20,000 nt of DNA, from the IMG/VR virus record IMGVR_UViG_3300042519_001519, positions 56,047-76,046 of that record; one strand, 5' to 3'. The translations under genes were made by a program, and so were the position numbers. A model generated the notes under the pieces. It was not told the origin of the DNA and ran no database searches. It was given only the letters and a program-made list of their open reading frames with translations. This document shows positions 1 through 7,764 of this stretch, in pieces; within the stretch, counting starts at the first letter, position 1; every line of letters starts with the position of its first letter. Source of the stretch: an uncultured virus (IMG/VR IMGVR_UViG_3300042519_001519). Its lineage: Duplodnaviria; Heunggongvirae; Uroviricota; Caudoviricetes.

Positions 1-1
1 G

Positions 2-418
2 TCCTTAAGAAAAGAAAAAATTGATGCTATTGGGTACGATATTAACGATGTAGTAGAAGATCAGGACTTTCTCTTTAAAAAGAGTATCTTTGACCTAAAC
101 CATAAATCAGAACTAATTATCTGCCTGGAAGTAGCCGAGCACATAGAGACAGAACACAACGACAGTATTGTTGAAAAGTTATACGAAAACCTTAAACCAG
201 GAGGTACTTTAATCTTCACAGCAGCACATCCAGGACAGCAAGGAATAGGTCATATAAACTGTCAAACAAAAGACTACTGGTGGGAGAAGTTTGCAGAAAA
301 AGGATTAGTCCGAGATTTAAAAGCAGAGAAGGATTGGGAAGATTATTTTGATCAAGGAAGAGAGTACATGGGATGGTTCCGTATGAACAAGCTCTTTTTA
401 ACTAGAGTAGGATCATAA
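2..418 (+). CDS. Class I SAM-dependent methyltransferase (Methyltransf_23-like), 5'-truncated by the window edge
   Basis: Not in ORF track. Frame 2 is open from the window start to TAA at 416-418 and translates as ...DAIGYDIN...ELIICLEVAEHIE...LKPGGTLIFTAAHPGQQGIGHINCQTKDYW..., typical C-terminal half motifs (CLEVAEH, LKPGG) of class I MTases. Confidence 0.8.
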   Translation, partial: SLRKEKIDAIGYDINDVVEDQDFLFKKSIFDLNHKSELIICLEVAEHIETEHNDSIVEKLYENLKPGGTLIFTAAHPGQQGIGHINCQTKDYWWEKFAEKGLVRDLKAEKDWEDYFDQGREYMGWFRMNKLFLTRVGS

Positions 419-438
419 AAAGATATTTCTTATATTTA
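408..438 (+). promoter_or_regulatory. Putative promoter, variant copy (TAG-N20-TATATTTA)
   Basis: Same 20-nt spacing and downstream box as five other TTG-N20-TAT(A/C)TT sites; one mismatch in the upstream box. Confidence 0.5.
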
Positions 439-453
439 TTAACATATAACAAC

Positions 454-480
454 AGTGTCGTAGCACCACTTTAAAAACAC
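454..480 (+). ncRNA. PreQ1-I riboswitch-like aptamer, copy 1 (5' UTR of the ORF486-queD-queE operon)
   Basis: AGTG-TCGTAGCAC-CACT-TTAAAAACAC: 4-bp stem, UCGUAG..AC loop and A-rich tail ending AAAAAC; covaries with the copy at 4042; ATG at 486. Confidence 0.65.
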
Positions 481-485
481 ACCTT

Positions 486-809
486 ATGGCAACATATTTT
501 AAGAAGCCTTCCATAGAGAAAGCAGAACAATCGGTTATAATGGATAGAGTTCTAGAACAAAAAAAGAAAGAACTCTCACCAGGAGATTTCAAAACCTATG
601 CAAACTTTACTACTCAGCAAGAACTGCTTGAAGAAGCAACTAGAAGAAATCTATTAGCAATTCCAGATCCAAAACTACATCAACAAATTTCATTTATCAA
701 ATCCGGTATAAGAATACTTGGATACTTTCTATTACCTTTTAATCTTTTATTAGGAGCTGGAGTATTAATTTTAAGTGAAATAGTTGGAATTTACGAAGAA
801 TTAGTTTAA
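486..809 (+). CDS. Hypothetical membrane protein with C-terminal hydrophobic hairpin
   Basis: ORF track; C-terminus HQQISFIKSGIRILGYFLLPFNLLLGAGVLILSEIVGIYEELV is hydrophobic; first gene after the promoter and riboswitch-like motif. Confidence 0.7.
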   Translation: MATYFKKPSIEKAEQSVIMDRVLEQKKKELSPGDFKTYANFTTQQELLEEATRRNLLAIPDPKLHQQISFIKSGIRILGYFLLPFNLLLGAGVLILSEIVGIYEELV

Positions 810-818
810 ATTAGAGTT

Positions 819-968
819 ATGAGAGAGGTGAACGATCACGTAAAAGAAGCTTTAGGTATAAAGCCTAAGAAGAGATTTAAGAAAGACTACACAAAAGCAT
901 TTGTATGGATAGGGCTTGCTCTAATCACAATTGCTATATGGACAACAATTTACAATTTAATATTTTAA
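819..968 (+). CDS. Small membrane protein (49 aa)
   Basis: Not in ORF track. AGTTATG start context; MREVNDHVKEALGIKPKKRFKKDYTKAFVWIGLALITIAIWTTIYNLIF has one TM helix and fills the gap to queD. Confidence 0.6.
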   Translation: MREVNDHVKEALGIKPKKRFKKDYTKAFVWIGLALITIAIWTTIYNLIF

Positions 969-971
969 CAA

Positions 972-1433
972 ATGAAATTTCAAGCAACAAAACTATTTGA
1001 CGGCTACTCAGCATGCTTTCGACAATGGAAAGCAGAGGGTACACATTGCAGATTTCTTCACGGCTATGCCGTATCATTCCGAGTATGGTTCGAAGGAGAA
1101 CTAGACGAAAGAAACTGGGTATGGGACTTCGGAGGAATGAAAAGAGCTAAAGGAAACATCGAAGGATATTCTCCAAAAGCATTTTTCGATTACCTATTAG
1201 ATCATACAACTATTGTAGCAGAGGATGATCCTTATATGGATACATTTAAACAAATGCATAACGACGGCGTTATACAGTTAAGAATACTTCCTGCTACAGG
1301 ATGTGAACGATTTGCAGAATACTTACATTTAAAAATCAATACATTTTTACTTGAAGAAACAAACAGTAGAGTAAGAGCTACTAAGGTAGAAGTTTACGAA
1401 CATGAAAGGAACTCAGCATCTTATGGTGAGTAA
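972..1433 (+). CDS. queD: 6-carboxy-5,6,7,8-tetrahydropterin synthase (QueD/PTPS family)
   Basis: T-fold motifs: FRQWKA..HCRFLHGY, WVWDFGGMK, LDHT, GCERFAE, VEVYEHERNSA. Confidence 0.9.
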   Translation: MKFQATKLFDGYSACFRQWKAEGTHCRFLHGYAVSFRVWFEGELDERNWVWDFGGMKRAKGNIEGYSPKAFFDYLLDHTTIVAEDDPYMDTFKQMHNDGVIQLRILPATGCERFAEYLHLKINTFLLEETNSRVRATKVEVYEHERNSASYGE

Positions 1434-1554
1434 GCCTAACTTAACAATGGACGAGTTTCATCAGTACTTACAAAATGTAATAGACTCTAAATTAGATCTA
1501 AGACAGAAAGTAGTAGCGGTAGAAAGGTATATAAAACAAATAACAGGAAGATGA
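1423..1554 (+). CDS. Small hypothetical protein (43 aa)
   Basis: Not in ORF track. MVSKPNLTMDEFHQYLQNVIDSKLDLRQKVVAVERYIKQITGR; overlaps the queD stop and is coupled by an ATGA overlap to the ORF at 1551. Confidence 0.5.
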   Translation: MVSKPNLTMDEFHQYLQNVIDSKLDLRQKVVAVERYIKQITGR

Positions 1555-1745
1555 AACTGAGTGAAATAATTTACCTAGCAACAAAAGCATTCGATAAAGG
1601 ATGGGACTTTGAAACTCTAAAGTACGGAGATGATTTGTATGGAAAGGAAAAATATGCTTCTGAAGTATGGGAGTATGTAGAAGAGCTGCAAGAAATAGGA
1701 AGAACTGAATTTTACATAAAATATTGTCAATACAATTTATATTAA
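1551..1745 (+). CDS. Hypothetical protein
   Basis: ORF track; tightly packed between neighbours. Confidence 0.6.
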   Translation: MKLSEIIYLATKAFDKGWDFETLKYGDDLYGKEKYASEVWEYVEELQEIGRTEFYIKYCQYNLY

Positions 1746-1746
1746 G

Positions 1747-2520
1747 ATGAAAAGAATAGAAGATTATAACAAAACACTTCCCATTGTAGAGCTTTATACA
1801 GCAGTACAATCAGAAGGAAGTAGAGCAGGTTATCCAACCGTAGTAATCAGAACAACAGGCTGTACTCACAGATGTTGGTTTGGTGATGGTGGATGGTGCG
1901 ATTCTTGGTACACAAGTATACATCCTGAAAAAGGACATATCAGTTTTCAAGATATTATTAACATGTATGATGCCAATCCCCACATCACAGAGATGATGCT
2001 AACAGGAGGATCACCAACAATGCATCCAGCATTAGTAAACGAATTAACACATTTTGCACATGAAAGAAATATTTTCATTACGATTGAGACCGAAGGAAGT
2101 CATTTTCTTGAGACAGATTACCCAATTAATCTATTATCAATCTCCCCTAAGTTCAGTAATTCTGTCCCTAAGGTTGGCATTGCAACACCTCAAGGAGACA
2201 TTACAGATGAGAAAATGATTAAACAGCATAACAAGCTAAGATTAAACTACGATGCAATATCCAAATCAATCTCTTATCATTCAGACTACCATTTAAAACC
2301 GGTATGGGATGGAGAGGATCAAGAAGCATTAAAAGAGATTATGAATTGTATTAAAATGCTAGACATACCAGAAGATAAAGTATGGTTCATGCCAGCAGGA
2401 GATTCAAGAGAAGCTTTATTCAAATCATATCCAAAAATGTTTGATTGGGTTAGAGATAACGGTTATAGATTGACCTGGAGACCTCACATCATTGCATTTG
2501 AAGACCAAAGAGAAGTGTAA
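1747..2520 (+). CDS. queE: 7-carboxy-7-deazaguanine synthase (radical SAM)
   Basis: ELYTAVQSEGSRAGYPTVVIRTTGC N-terminus, Cys triad CTHRCWFGDGGWCDS, LTGGSP, IETEGS, SISPK, C-terminal RPHI. Confidence 0.92.
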   Translation: MKRIEDYNKTLPIVELYTAVQSEGSRAGYPTVVIRTTGCTHRCWFGDGGWCDSWYTSIHPEKGHISFQDIINMYDANPHITEMMLTGGSPTMHPALVNELTHFAHERNIFITIETEGSHFLETDYPINLLSISPKFSNSVPKVGIATPQGDITDEKMIKQHNKLRLNYDAISKSISYHSDYHLKPVWDGEDQEALKEIMNCIKMLDIPEDKVWFMPAGDSREALFKSYPKMFDWVRDNGYRLTWRPHIIAFEDQREV

Positions 2521-2521
2521 G

Positions 2522-2713
2522 ATGGCAGTAAAAAGAGCAACAGAGTTTGAAGTACTAACAGTATTTCATACACTATGGAAAAGTAGAGGGCTTGAAGCAG
2601 CAACAGTAAAAAGACTTTTAAAGGAAGAGTTTGATTTAGAACTAACAGTTCTAGCAAACGGAGAAATATCAGCACAATCACCAGACGGAAAAACTAAATA
2701 TACAATTAAATAA
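2522..2713 (+). CDS. Hypothetical protein
   Basis: Same frame as track ORF 2492..2713; the ATG at 2522 just after the queE stop is the more plausible start. Confidence 0.6.
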   Translation: MAVKRATEFEVLTVFHTLWKSRGLEAATVKRLLKEEFDLELTVLANGEISAQSPDGKTKYTIK

Positions 2714-2725
2714 AAAAACAAAGTT

Positions 2726-3019
2726 ATGACATTAAAAGATCTAATCGATTTAGCAGGGGATAGAGAACTATCAAAATCATATCCAAAAGCAGATGGCCTT
2801 TACATCTGGGATTATAAGTTACAATTCAATCAAGACCTTAATTTAGAGCTAGTATTAATACCAAGTGACTCAGGTAAGACAGGATTTAAAGATAAAGTAT
2901 CTATCGAAGAATTAGTAAATTACGTATTGGAGTCAACAGATCCAGAAGTATCAGGAGACGAAGTTATCTCACAACTACAAATTGTAGACGTGGAAGGAAT
3001 TACAATCGCAAAGGTATAG
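2726..3019 (+). CDS. Hypothetical acidic protein
   Basis: ORF track; AGTTATG start; operonic spacing. Confidence 0.65.
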   Translation: MTLKDLIDLAGDRELSKSYPKADGLYIWDYKLQFNQDLNLELVLIPSDSGKTGFKDKVSIEELVNYVLESTDPEVSGDEVISQLQIVDVEGITIAKV

Positions 3020-3020
3020 T

Positions 3021-3605
3021 ATGAAGAAGTTTTTATTATTACTCTTACTTCCGTTATTAGGGTTTGGACAGTTAAGAGATAGCGTTTATGTAAAGACAGA
3101 CATATACGAGGTAATGTATTCAGAGACATTAGAGCAACCATTGTGGGTAAAGTACCAAGTACTGTGCACTGGAGTAGGAGCATCTAGAAAAGGAATGGAT
3201 TTCTATAAAGATAAAACAATTCATACCTCAGATGAAAAAGACTATGCATTCAATATCTACGACAAAGGACATTGTGCACCAGCAGCTGACTTTAACTGTA
3301 CTAGAGAAATGTTATTTAAAACATTCTCATACCTAAACTGTACTCTTCAAAATGAAAGACTAAATAGAGTTCATTGGAGACTATTAGAAGACTATGAAAG
3401 ACTTTTAGCCTTTTCAGAAGGACCAGTCAACGTTGAAATAAAAATAGTATTTGATAAAAATCCCAGACGAGTTCCGGCAGGTGCAGCTATTCCTACGGCT
3501 TTCTATAAGATTATCAAAACTAAGAGTAAGACAATTGCTTTTTACTTTCTAAATGAAGCACCAAAGAAAGCAACGTTTGTAGATTATCAAGTAAAAATTA
3601 AATAG
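3021..3605 (+). CDS. Secreted DNA/RNA non-specific endonuclease (NucA/Endonuclease_NS, beta-beta-alpha-metal fold)
   Basis: YDKGHCAPAADF (DRGH motif), TFSYLNCTLQNERLNRVHWRLLE, IPTAFYKII; N-terminal signal peptide MKKFLLLLLLPLLGFG|Q. Confidence 0.85.
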   Translation: MKKFLLLLLLPLLGFGQLRDSVYVKTDIYEVMYSETLEQPLWVKYQVLCTGVGASRKGMDFYKDKTIHTSDEKDYAFNIYDKGHCAPAADFNCTREMLFKTFSYLNCTLQNERLNRVHWRLLEDYERLLAFSEGPVNVEIKIVFDKNPRRVPAGAAIPTAFYKIIKTKSKTIAFYFLNEAPKKATFVDYQVKIK

Positions 3606-3607
3606 TT

Positions 3608-4003
3608 ATGGCACTAAAAATAGGAAATAAAGTTTATTTAAGCTGGGATGATATCAACATCTTAGTAGAAGATTTAGCAAATACAATAGCAGCATCAGGA
3701 GCAGAGATTAAATCGATAACAGGTATTCAAAGAGGAGGATTAATACCAGCAGTAATGATCTCCCACAAGCTCCACATACCTTACGTTAGTAGAATAAATA
3801 AAGATACTTTGGTAGTAGATGATATTTGTGATACAGGAGAGACGTTAAAAAATACTATTGGAATGTATACTGCAACGCTTCATTACAAACCAACAGCAAT
3901 CTTTACTCCAGACTTCTACTCAAAAGAAGTAGGAACAGAGTGGATTGTATACCCTTGGGAAAGAAATGACTCAGAAACTATTCAAGATTATTTGAAAAAA
4001 TAG
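3608..4003 (+). CDS. Type I phosphoribosyltransferase (xanthine/guanine PRT-like)
   Basis: LSWDDI, GIQRGGLIPA, PRPP-binding LVVDDICDTGETL, WIVYPWE. Confidence 0.88.
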   Translation: MALKIGNKVYLSWDDINILVEDLANTIAASGAEIKSITGIQRGGLIPAVMISHKLHIPYVSRINKDTLVVDDICDTGETLKNTIGMYTATLHYKPTAIFTPDFYSKEVGTEWIVYPWERNDSETIQDYLKK

Positions 4004-4034
4004 TTGCAGGATAAAGTAAAAAATGTTATATTAA
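4004..4034 (+). promoter_or_regulatory. Putative promoter TTG-N20-TATATTAA upstream of folE
   Basis: TTG at 4004-4006, TATATT from 4027; spacing identical to the other copies. Confidence 0.65.
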
Positions 4035-4041
4035 ATAAAAC

Positions 4042-4068
4042 GGAGTCGTAGAACCTCCATAAAAACAA
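4042..4068 (+). ncRNA. PreQ1-I riboswitch-like aptamer, copy 2 (5' UTR of folE)
   Basis: GGAG-TCGTAGAAC-CTCC-ATAAAAACAA; two compensatory stem changes versus copy 1; folE ATG at 4075. Confidence 0.7.
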
Positions 4069-4074
4069 TCTTAT

Positions 4075-4782
4075 ATGTCAAATAAAAAATTTATCGACGG
4101 TACAGAATTAGTACAAGCCGGATTCGCTAATGGTATTTCCTCTCAATTGGCAAAAAAACAACTAACAGAAGGTCCAGAAGCAAGATTAACTGAAGTAGAA
4201 AAGCAACACATCATTGAAGATGCAGCAGAAGCTTTCGGACAATTCCTTTCAGCTTTAGGATGTGATTGGCAGAATGATCCAAATTCATCTGATACTCCTA
4301 AAAGAGTTGCAAAAGCATACGTAAACGATTTATGGGCAGGTCGATTTGAACCACTAACAAGAATTACAGCATTCCCTTCTGATGGTTATGATGGAATAGT
4401 ACAAGAGAGTAATATACCAGTTACCTCAATGTGCTCACATCACCACCAAACAATTTCAGGAGAGGTAAGTATAGCTTATGTTCCTTCAGCAGATGGAAAG
4501 GTAGTTGGGCTTTCAAAATTAAATCGAATTGTAGAGCAGTTTGCTAGACGTGGAGCTATTCAAGAGCAGTTAACAGTTGCAATTCATAATGCAGTAGATA
4601 AAATCTGTGAAGGTAATCTAGGAGTAGCAGTAGCAATTTCAGCAACACATAACTGTGTATCGTGTAGAGGGATTAAACATCAGGGAGCTTCAATGCAAAC
4701 AGCAAAGTTAACAGGGTGTTTCTTAGATGAAGCATCAGCAAGAGCAGAATTCTATACAAATATTAAACTTGGAAAAAAATAA
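4075..4782 (+). CDS. folE: GTP cyclohydrolase I
   Basis: DTPKRVAKAY, SMCSHHHQ, VVGLSKLNRIV, IQEQLT, HNCVSCRG (Zn ligands). Confidence 0.93.
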   Translation: MSNKKFIDGTELVQAGFANGISSQLAKKQLTEGPEARLTEVEKQHIIEDAAEAFGQFLSALGCDWQNDPNSSDTPKRVAKAYVNDLWAGRFEPLTRITAFPSDGYDGIVQESNIPVTSMCSHHHQTISGEVSIAYVPSADGKVVGLSKLNRIVEQFARRGAIQEQLTVAIHNAVDKICEGNLGVAVAISATHNCVSCRGIKHQGASMQTAKLTGCFLDEASARAEFYTNIKLGKK

Positions 4783-4797
4783 CTAAAACCAAACATT

Positions 4798-4995
4798 ATG
4801 AATTATTGGCAAGTAACTGTGCAATTGGAGCACGAAAATGACCGAGGTCGTATTCAAAGAGTAAAAGAACTTTATTTAGTAGATGCAATTTCAGCAACAG
4901 AAGCTGAAGCAAAGATCTATACAGAGTTCGAAGGAGAGTCTAACTTCGCAGTAGTAGGAGTTAATCAATCTAAAATTATTAAAGTAATTGAATAA
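4798..4995 (+). CDS. DUF4494-like small protein
   Basis: KELYLVDAISATEAEAKI resembles the Bacteroidota DUF4494 signature YLVDA.S.TEAEA.I. Confidence 0.65.
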   Translation: MNYWQVTVQLEHENDRGRIQRVKELYLVDAISATEAEAKIYTEFEGESNFAVVGVNQSKIIKVIE

Positions 4996-4996
4996 T

Positions 4997-5023
4997 AAGT
5001 TGGCTCTTCGGAGCCAATTTCTT
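4997..5023 (+). terminator. Intrinsic terminator overlapping a promoter
   Basis: AAGTTGGCTC-TTCG-GAGCCAATTT hairpin with cUUCGg tetraloop, followed by a T-rich tract. Confidence 0.75.
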
Positions 5024-5030
5024 ATATTAA
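5000..5030 (+). promoter_or_regulatory. Putative promoter TTG-N20-TATATTAA
   Basis: TTG at 5000-5002, TATATT from 5023. Confidence 0.65.
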
Positions 5031-5047
5031 TAAAAAAGTAAAAAGTT

Positions 5048-5560
5048 ATGATTACAGATCCAAAAGTACCTTTTATTGATGAGGTAGAGGAATTTAATGC
5101 CGTAATGGGTAAACCTAATAACTATGAACCAACTATCCCCGAAAGAAAAGAATGGGAATTTGTATACAATTTCATCCTTGAGGAATTGGAAGAATATAGA
5201 GAAGCTTGCGAAGCAGGAGACATCGTTGAGGTTCTGGATGCTTTGTGCGATATTACTTATGTTGCCACTGGGAACGGTACTATGTTACATGGCCTTAAGG
5301 ATAAGATATGGCCAGCATATCAAGAAGTTCAAGCTTCAAATCTATCAAAAGCTTGCCAAACAGAAGAAGACGCTAAAGCAACTGTCATTCAGAGATCGAG
5401 TGAGCAAGGTGAGGAGTGTCATTACGAAAAAGTTGGAGAGTATTACGTTGTTTATAGAACAAGAGATAGAAAAGTAATGAAGAATGTAAATTACTTCCGA
5501 CCAGATCTTTCTCAGTTTTTTACTCAAGAGCAGTTAAGTAAATTTAATAGAATTAAATAA
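5048..5560 (+). CDS. MazG-like all-alpha NTP pyrophosphohydrolase (PRA-PH/dUTPase-like superfamily)
   Basis: EELEEYREA...EVLDALCDITYV acidic metal motif, EVQASNLSK, KVMKNVNYFRPDL. Confidence 0.85.
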   Translation: MITDPKVPFIDEVEEFNAVMGKPNNYEPTIPERKEWEFVYNFILEELEEYREACEAGDIVEVLDALCDITYVATGNGTMLHGLKDKIWPAYQEVQASNLSKACQTEEDAKATVIQRSSEQGEECHYEKVGEYYVVYRTRDRKVMKNVNYFRPDLSQFFTQEQLSKFNRIK

Positions 5561-5763
5561 TGCAAGCAGCACTAGACCATTTAGAAAAGCATAAAGTGTT
5601 TATTGATACTTTAGGTATAGATATGATTCCTTTATCAGAGGCATATAAAGCAGTTGAGAAGTCTATCGATAGTCAACTGGCAGAAGTTATGGAAACATTA
5701 CAAGCACAGTTAGGAGGATTAGTAGAAGATTTACAAGATATAACACCAGAAGATAATGATTAA
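5560..5763 (+). CDS. Hypothetical protein
   Basis: ORF track; overlaps both neighbours (translational coupling). Confidence 0.6.
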   Translation: MQAALDHLEKHKVFIDTLGIDMIPLSEAYKAVEKSIDSQLAEVMETLQAQLGGLVEDLQDITPEDND

Positions 5764-6550
5764 GATAGCACACGAATCACCGAAGAGTATCTTTAAAGAA
5801 GTACAGAAGTATACTGACTATGATTATGCATTAGTGCATTTATTTGAAGAAGATCCAGAATACTTAAAACAGTTTCAAGATGCTAAAGAAGCAGGTAGAG
5901 AAATTATTTTAGATAATTCTATCTTTGAATTAGAAGAAGCTTTTGATGCAGAGAAGTTTGCAGGCTGGGTATTAGAATTAAAGCCAGATTGGTATATAGT
6001 TCCGGATGCTTTAGAGGATGCAAAGAAGACTGTACAGCAAATGACAGAATGGAATAACAAGTATAAAAATCTTCCAGGAAAGAAAATAGGAGTTGTTCAA
6101 GGAAAGACTTACAGTCAAATTAAGACTTGTTATGAGTATATGGATAAGATTGCAAATGTAGATATGATTGCAATTTCATTCGACTACTCGTACTATACAA
6201 ATACTATTTCACATCCTAACAAGTATGTTAGTTGGATGCTAGGAAGGGTTAAGCTACTAGGAGATCTATTGAGAGACGGTGTTATAAACGAAGAGAAGAA
6301 GCATCACCTATTGGGATGTGGATTACCTCAAGAGTTTTCTTTCTACTCAGACTATAAATGGATCTATTCTTTAGATACTTCTAATCCAGTTGTACATGGT
6401 ATAAAAGGAGTTGAGTATAGAGCAGATGGATTATGGTCAAAAGAGTCTCAAAAGTTATTTGAATTAATCAACTACGTACCGGAAGATACGAATATGATTC
6501 TTCAGAACATTCATAAATTCAGATGGTTTGCAAATGGACGCAAAGTATAA
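5756..6550 (+). CDS. dpdA: TGT-fold DNA guanine transglycosylase, DpdA3-like
   Basis: TGT barrel-equivalent motifs IILDNSIFE, IVPDALED, GVVQGK, HHLLGCG, SLDTSNPV; no Zn-binding tail; lies within the preQ1 synthesis cluster. Confidence 0.78.
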   Translation: MIKIAHESPKSIFKEVQKYTDYDYALVHLFEEDPEYLKQFQDAKEAGREIILDNSIFELEEAFDAEKFAGWVLELKPDWYIVPDALEDAKKTVQQMTEWNNKYKNLPGKKIGVVQGKTYSQIKTCYEYMDKIANVDMIAISFDYSYYTNTISHPNKYVSWMLGRVKLLGDLLRDGVINEEKKHHLLGCGLPQEFSFYSDYKWIYSLDTSNPVVHGIKGVEYRADGLWSKESQKLFELINYVPEDTNMILQNIHKFRWFANGRKV

Positions 6551-6716
6551 GATAGGGGAAATGGTTATTATAAATCTCGATAATGAGATTATAGATGCCG
6601 AAGTATTTGGAATAGTAGACAGTAATTCAGGAGGAAAACCTTCGTACAGTTTAAGAGTGAAAGGAAATTTTATCTTTATGAATGAGGATAGAATAATAAG
6701 TATATCACATGAATAG
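6528..6716 (+). CDS. Small hypothetical beta-rich (SH3/KOW-like) protein
   Basis: ORF track; KYKIGEMV start pattern; overlaps neighbours; true start may be 6534. Confidence 0.5.
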   Translation: MQMDAKYKIGEMVIINLDNEIIDAEVFGIVDSNSGGKPSYSLRVKGNFIFMNEDRIISISHE

Positions 6717-7236
6717 ACCTTGGATAGCATTCTTTAGTCAAACAGGATCAGAGATCGTAGAAGTATCAAAGCTACTAGGAAGATGGCCTGACCTTATTAT
6801 TACAAACGAAAGACCAGAACATCTTAGAAAGATTCATCCTGCTTTAGAAAATAAGCACTTAATCTTCGTAGACAATAAGCCTTCAGAAGAAGAACTATTT
6901 CCTCTATTGGCTCAGTATGATAATGCTTTAGTAACTCTTCATGGATGGTTAAGGATTATGCCACCAGGTATTTGTAATCGATTTGAAATCTATAATGGAC
7001 ATCCAGGACTTATAACTCAGTATCCAGAACTAAAAGGAAAAGATCCTCAGCAAAAAGCTTTTGACTTAGGATTAGAACATTCTGGATGTGTTATTCATAG
7101 AGTAACAGAAGGAGTGGATGAAGGAGCTATACTTTTACAGAGACAAGTTTCTATAAAAGGGTTGGAAATAGGAGAATTATTTCATATCTTACATAGTATA
7201 TCAGTAAGTCTTTGGGTAGACTTTTTAAAAAATTAG
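6709..7236 (+). CDS. dpdN: PurN-like 10-formyl-THF-dependent formyltransferase, probable preQ1 formyltransferase DpdN
   Basis: FFSQTGS, LHGWLRIM, YNGHPGL (NxHPxL), SGCVIHRVTEGVDEGAILLQ; adjacent to the DpdA3-like gene and queF. Confidence 0.8.
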   Translation: MNRPWIAFFSQTGSEIVEVSKLLGRWPDLIITNERPEHLRKIHPALENKHLIFVDNKPSEEELFPLLAQYDNALVTLHGWLRIMPPGICNRFEIYNGHPGLITQYPELKGKDPQQKAFDLGLEHSGCVIHRVTEGVDEGAILLQRQVSIKGLEIGELFHILHSISVSLWVDFLKN

Positions 7237-7238
7237 TT

Positions 7239-7763
7239 ATGAAAAGAATAGCATTAGTAGGAGCATCATCAGTAGGGAAGACTACAGTATACGAATTACT
7301 TAAAAGTAAATTACCTGAGTATGATTTTATAAATGAATCAACAAGAACGGTTGGTAGTTATGGATTTCCTATTAATGAAGCAGGAACTTCTGAAACACAG
7401 CTTGCTATTTCTTCTTTCCATTTAGAGGCATTATTAGCTACTAAAGATGTAATACTTGATAGATGTTATTTAGATCTATTAGTTTATTCTACTTATATGG
7501 ATAATTTATCCGATAGTGCTTATACATACATCTTAGATACTTGGTTAAGAGTTAAAGATCAATATACACATTTTATTTATTTCCCTATTGAATTTGCTTC
7601 TGTAGATGATGGAGTAAGGAGTGTAAATGAAGGATGGAGAGAAGCAATTGATAAGCAGTTTGAAATTAACTTAAAGTCAATTAAGTTTGCTGGAGGAGAT
7701 TACTTAACAGTAACAGGAAGTCCTAATCAAAGAGTTGAACAAATATTAAACTATATAAAATAA
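7239..7763 (+). CDS. P-loop nucleotide/nucleoside kinase-like protein (AAA_28/NadR/dNMP kinase-like)
   Basis: MKRIALVGASSVGKTT Walker A, ILDRCYLD, DDGVR; ATG at 7239 in AGTTATG context. Confidence 0.75.
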   Translation: MKRIALVGASSVGKTTVYELLKSKLPEYDFINESTRTVGSYGFPINEAGTSETQLAISSFHLEALLATKDVILDRCYLDLLVYSTYMDNLSDSAYTYILDTWLRVKDQYTHFIYFPIEFASVDDGVRSVNEGWREAIDKQFEINLKSIKFAGGDYLTVTGSPNQRVEQILNYIK

Positions 7764-7764
7764 A

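Noticed and set aside
5124..5477. Alternative-frame ORF within the MazG-like gene
   Set aside because: Fully nested, no motifs, no independent start signal.
5756..6550. Bacterial tRNA-guanine transglycosylase for queuosine
   Set aside because: Too short, lacks the Zn-binding motif and the canonical DSGG; no queA/queG; phage context.
6709..7236. purN (de novo purine synthesis)
   Set aside because: No other pur genes; position between the DpdA3-like gene and queF fits DpdN better.
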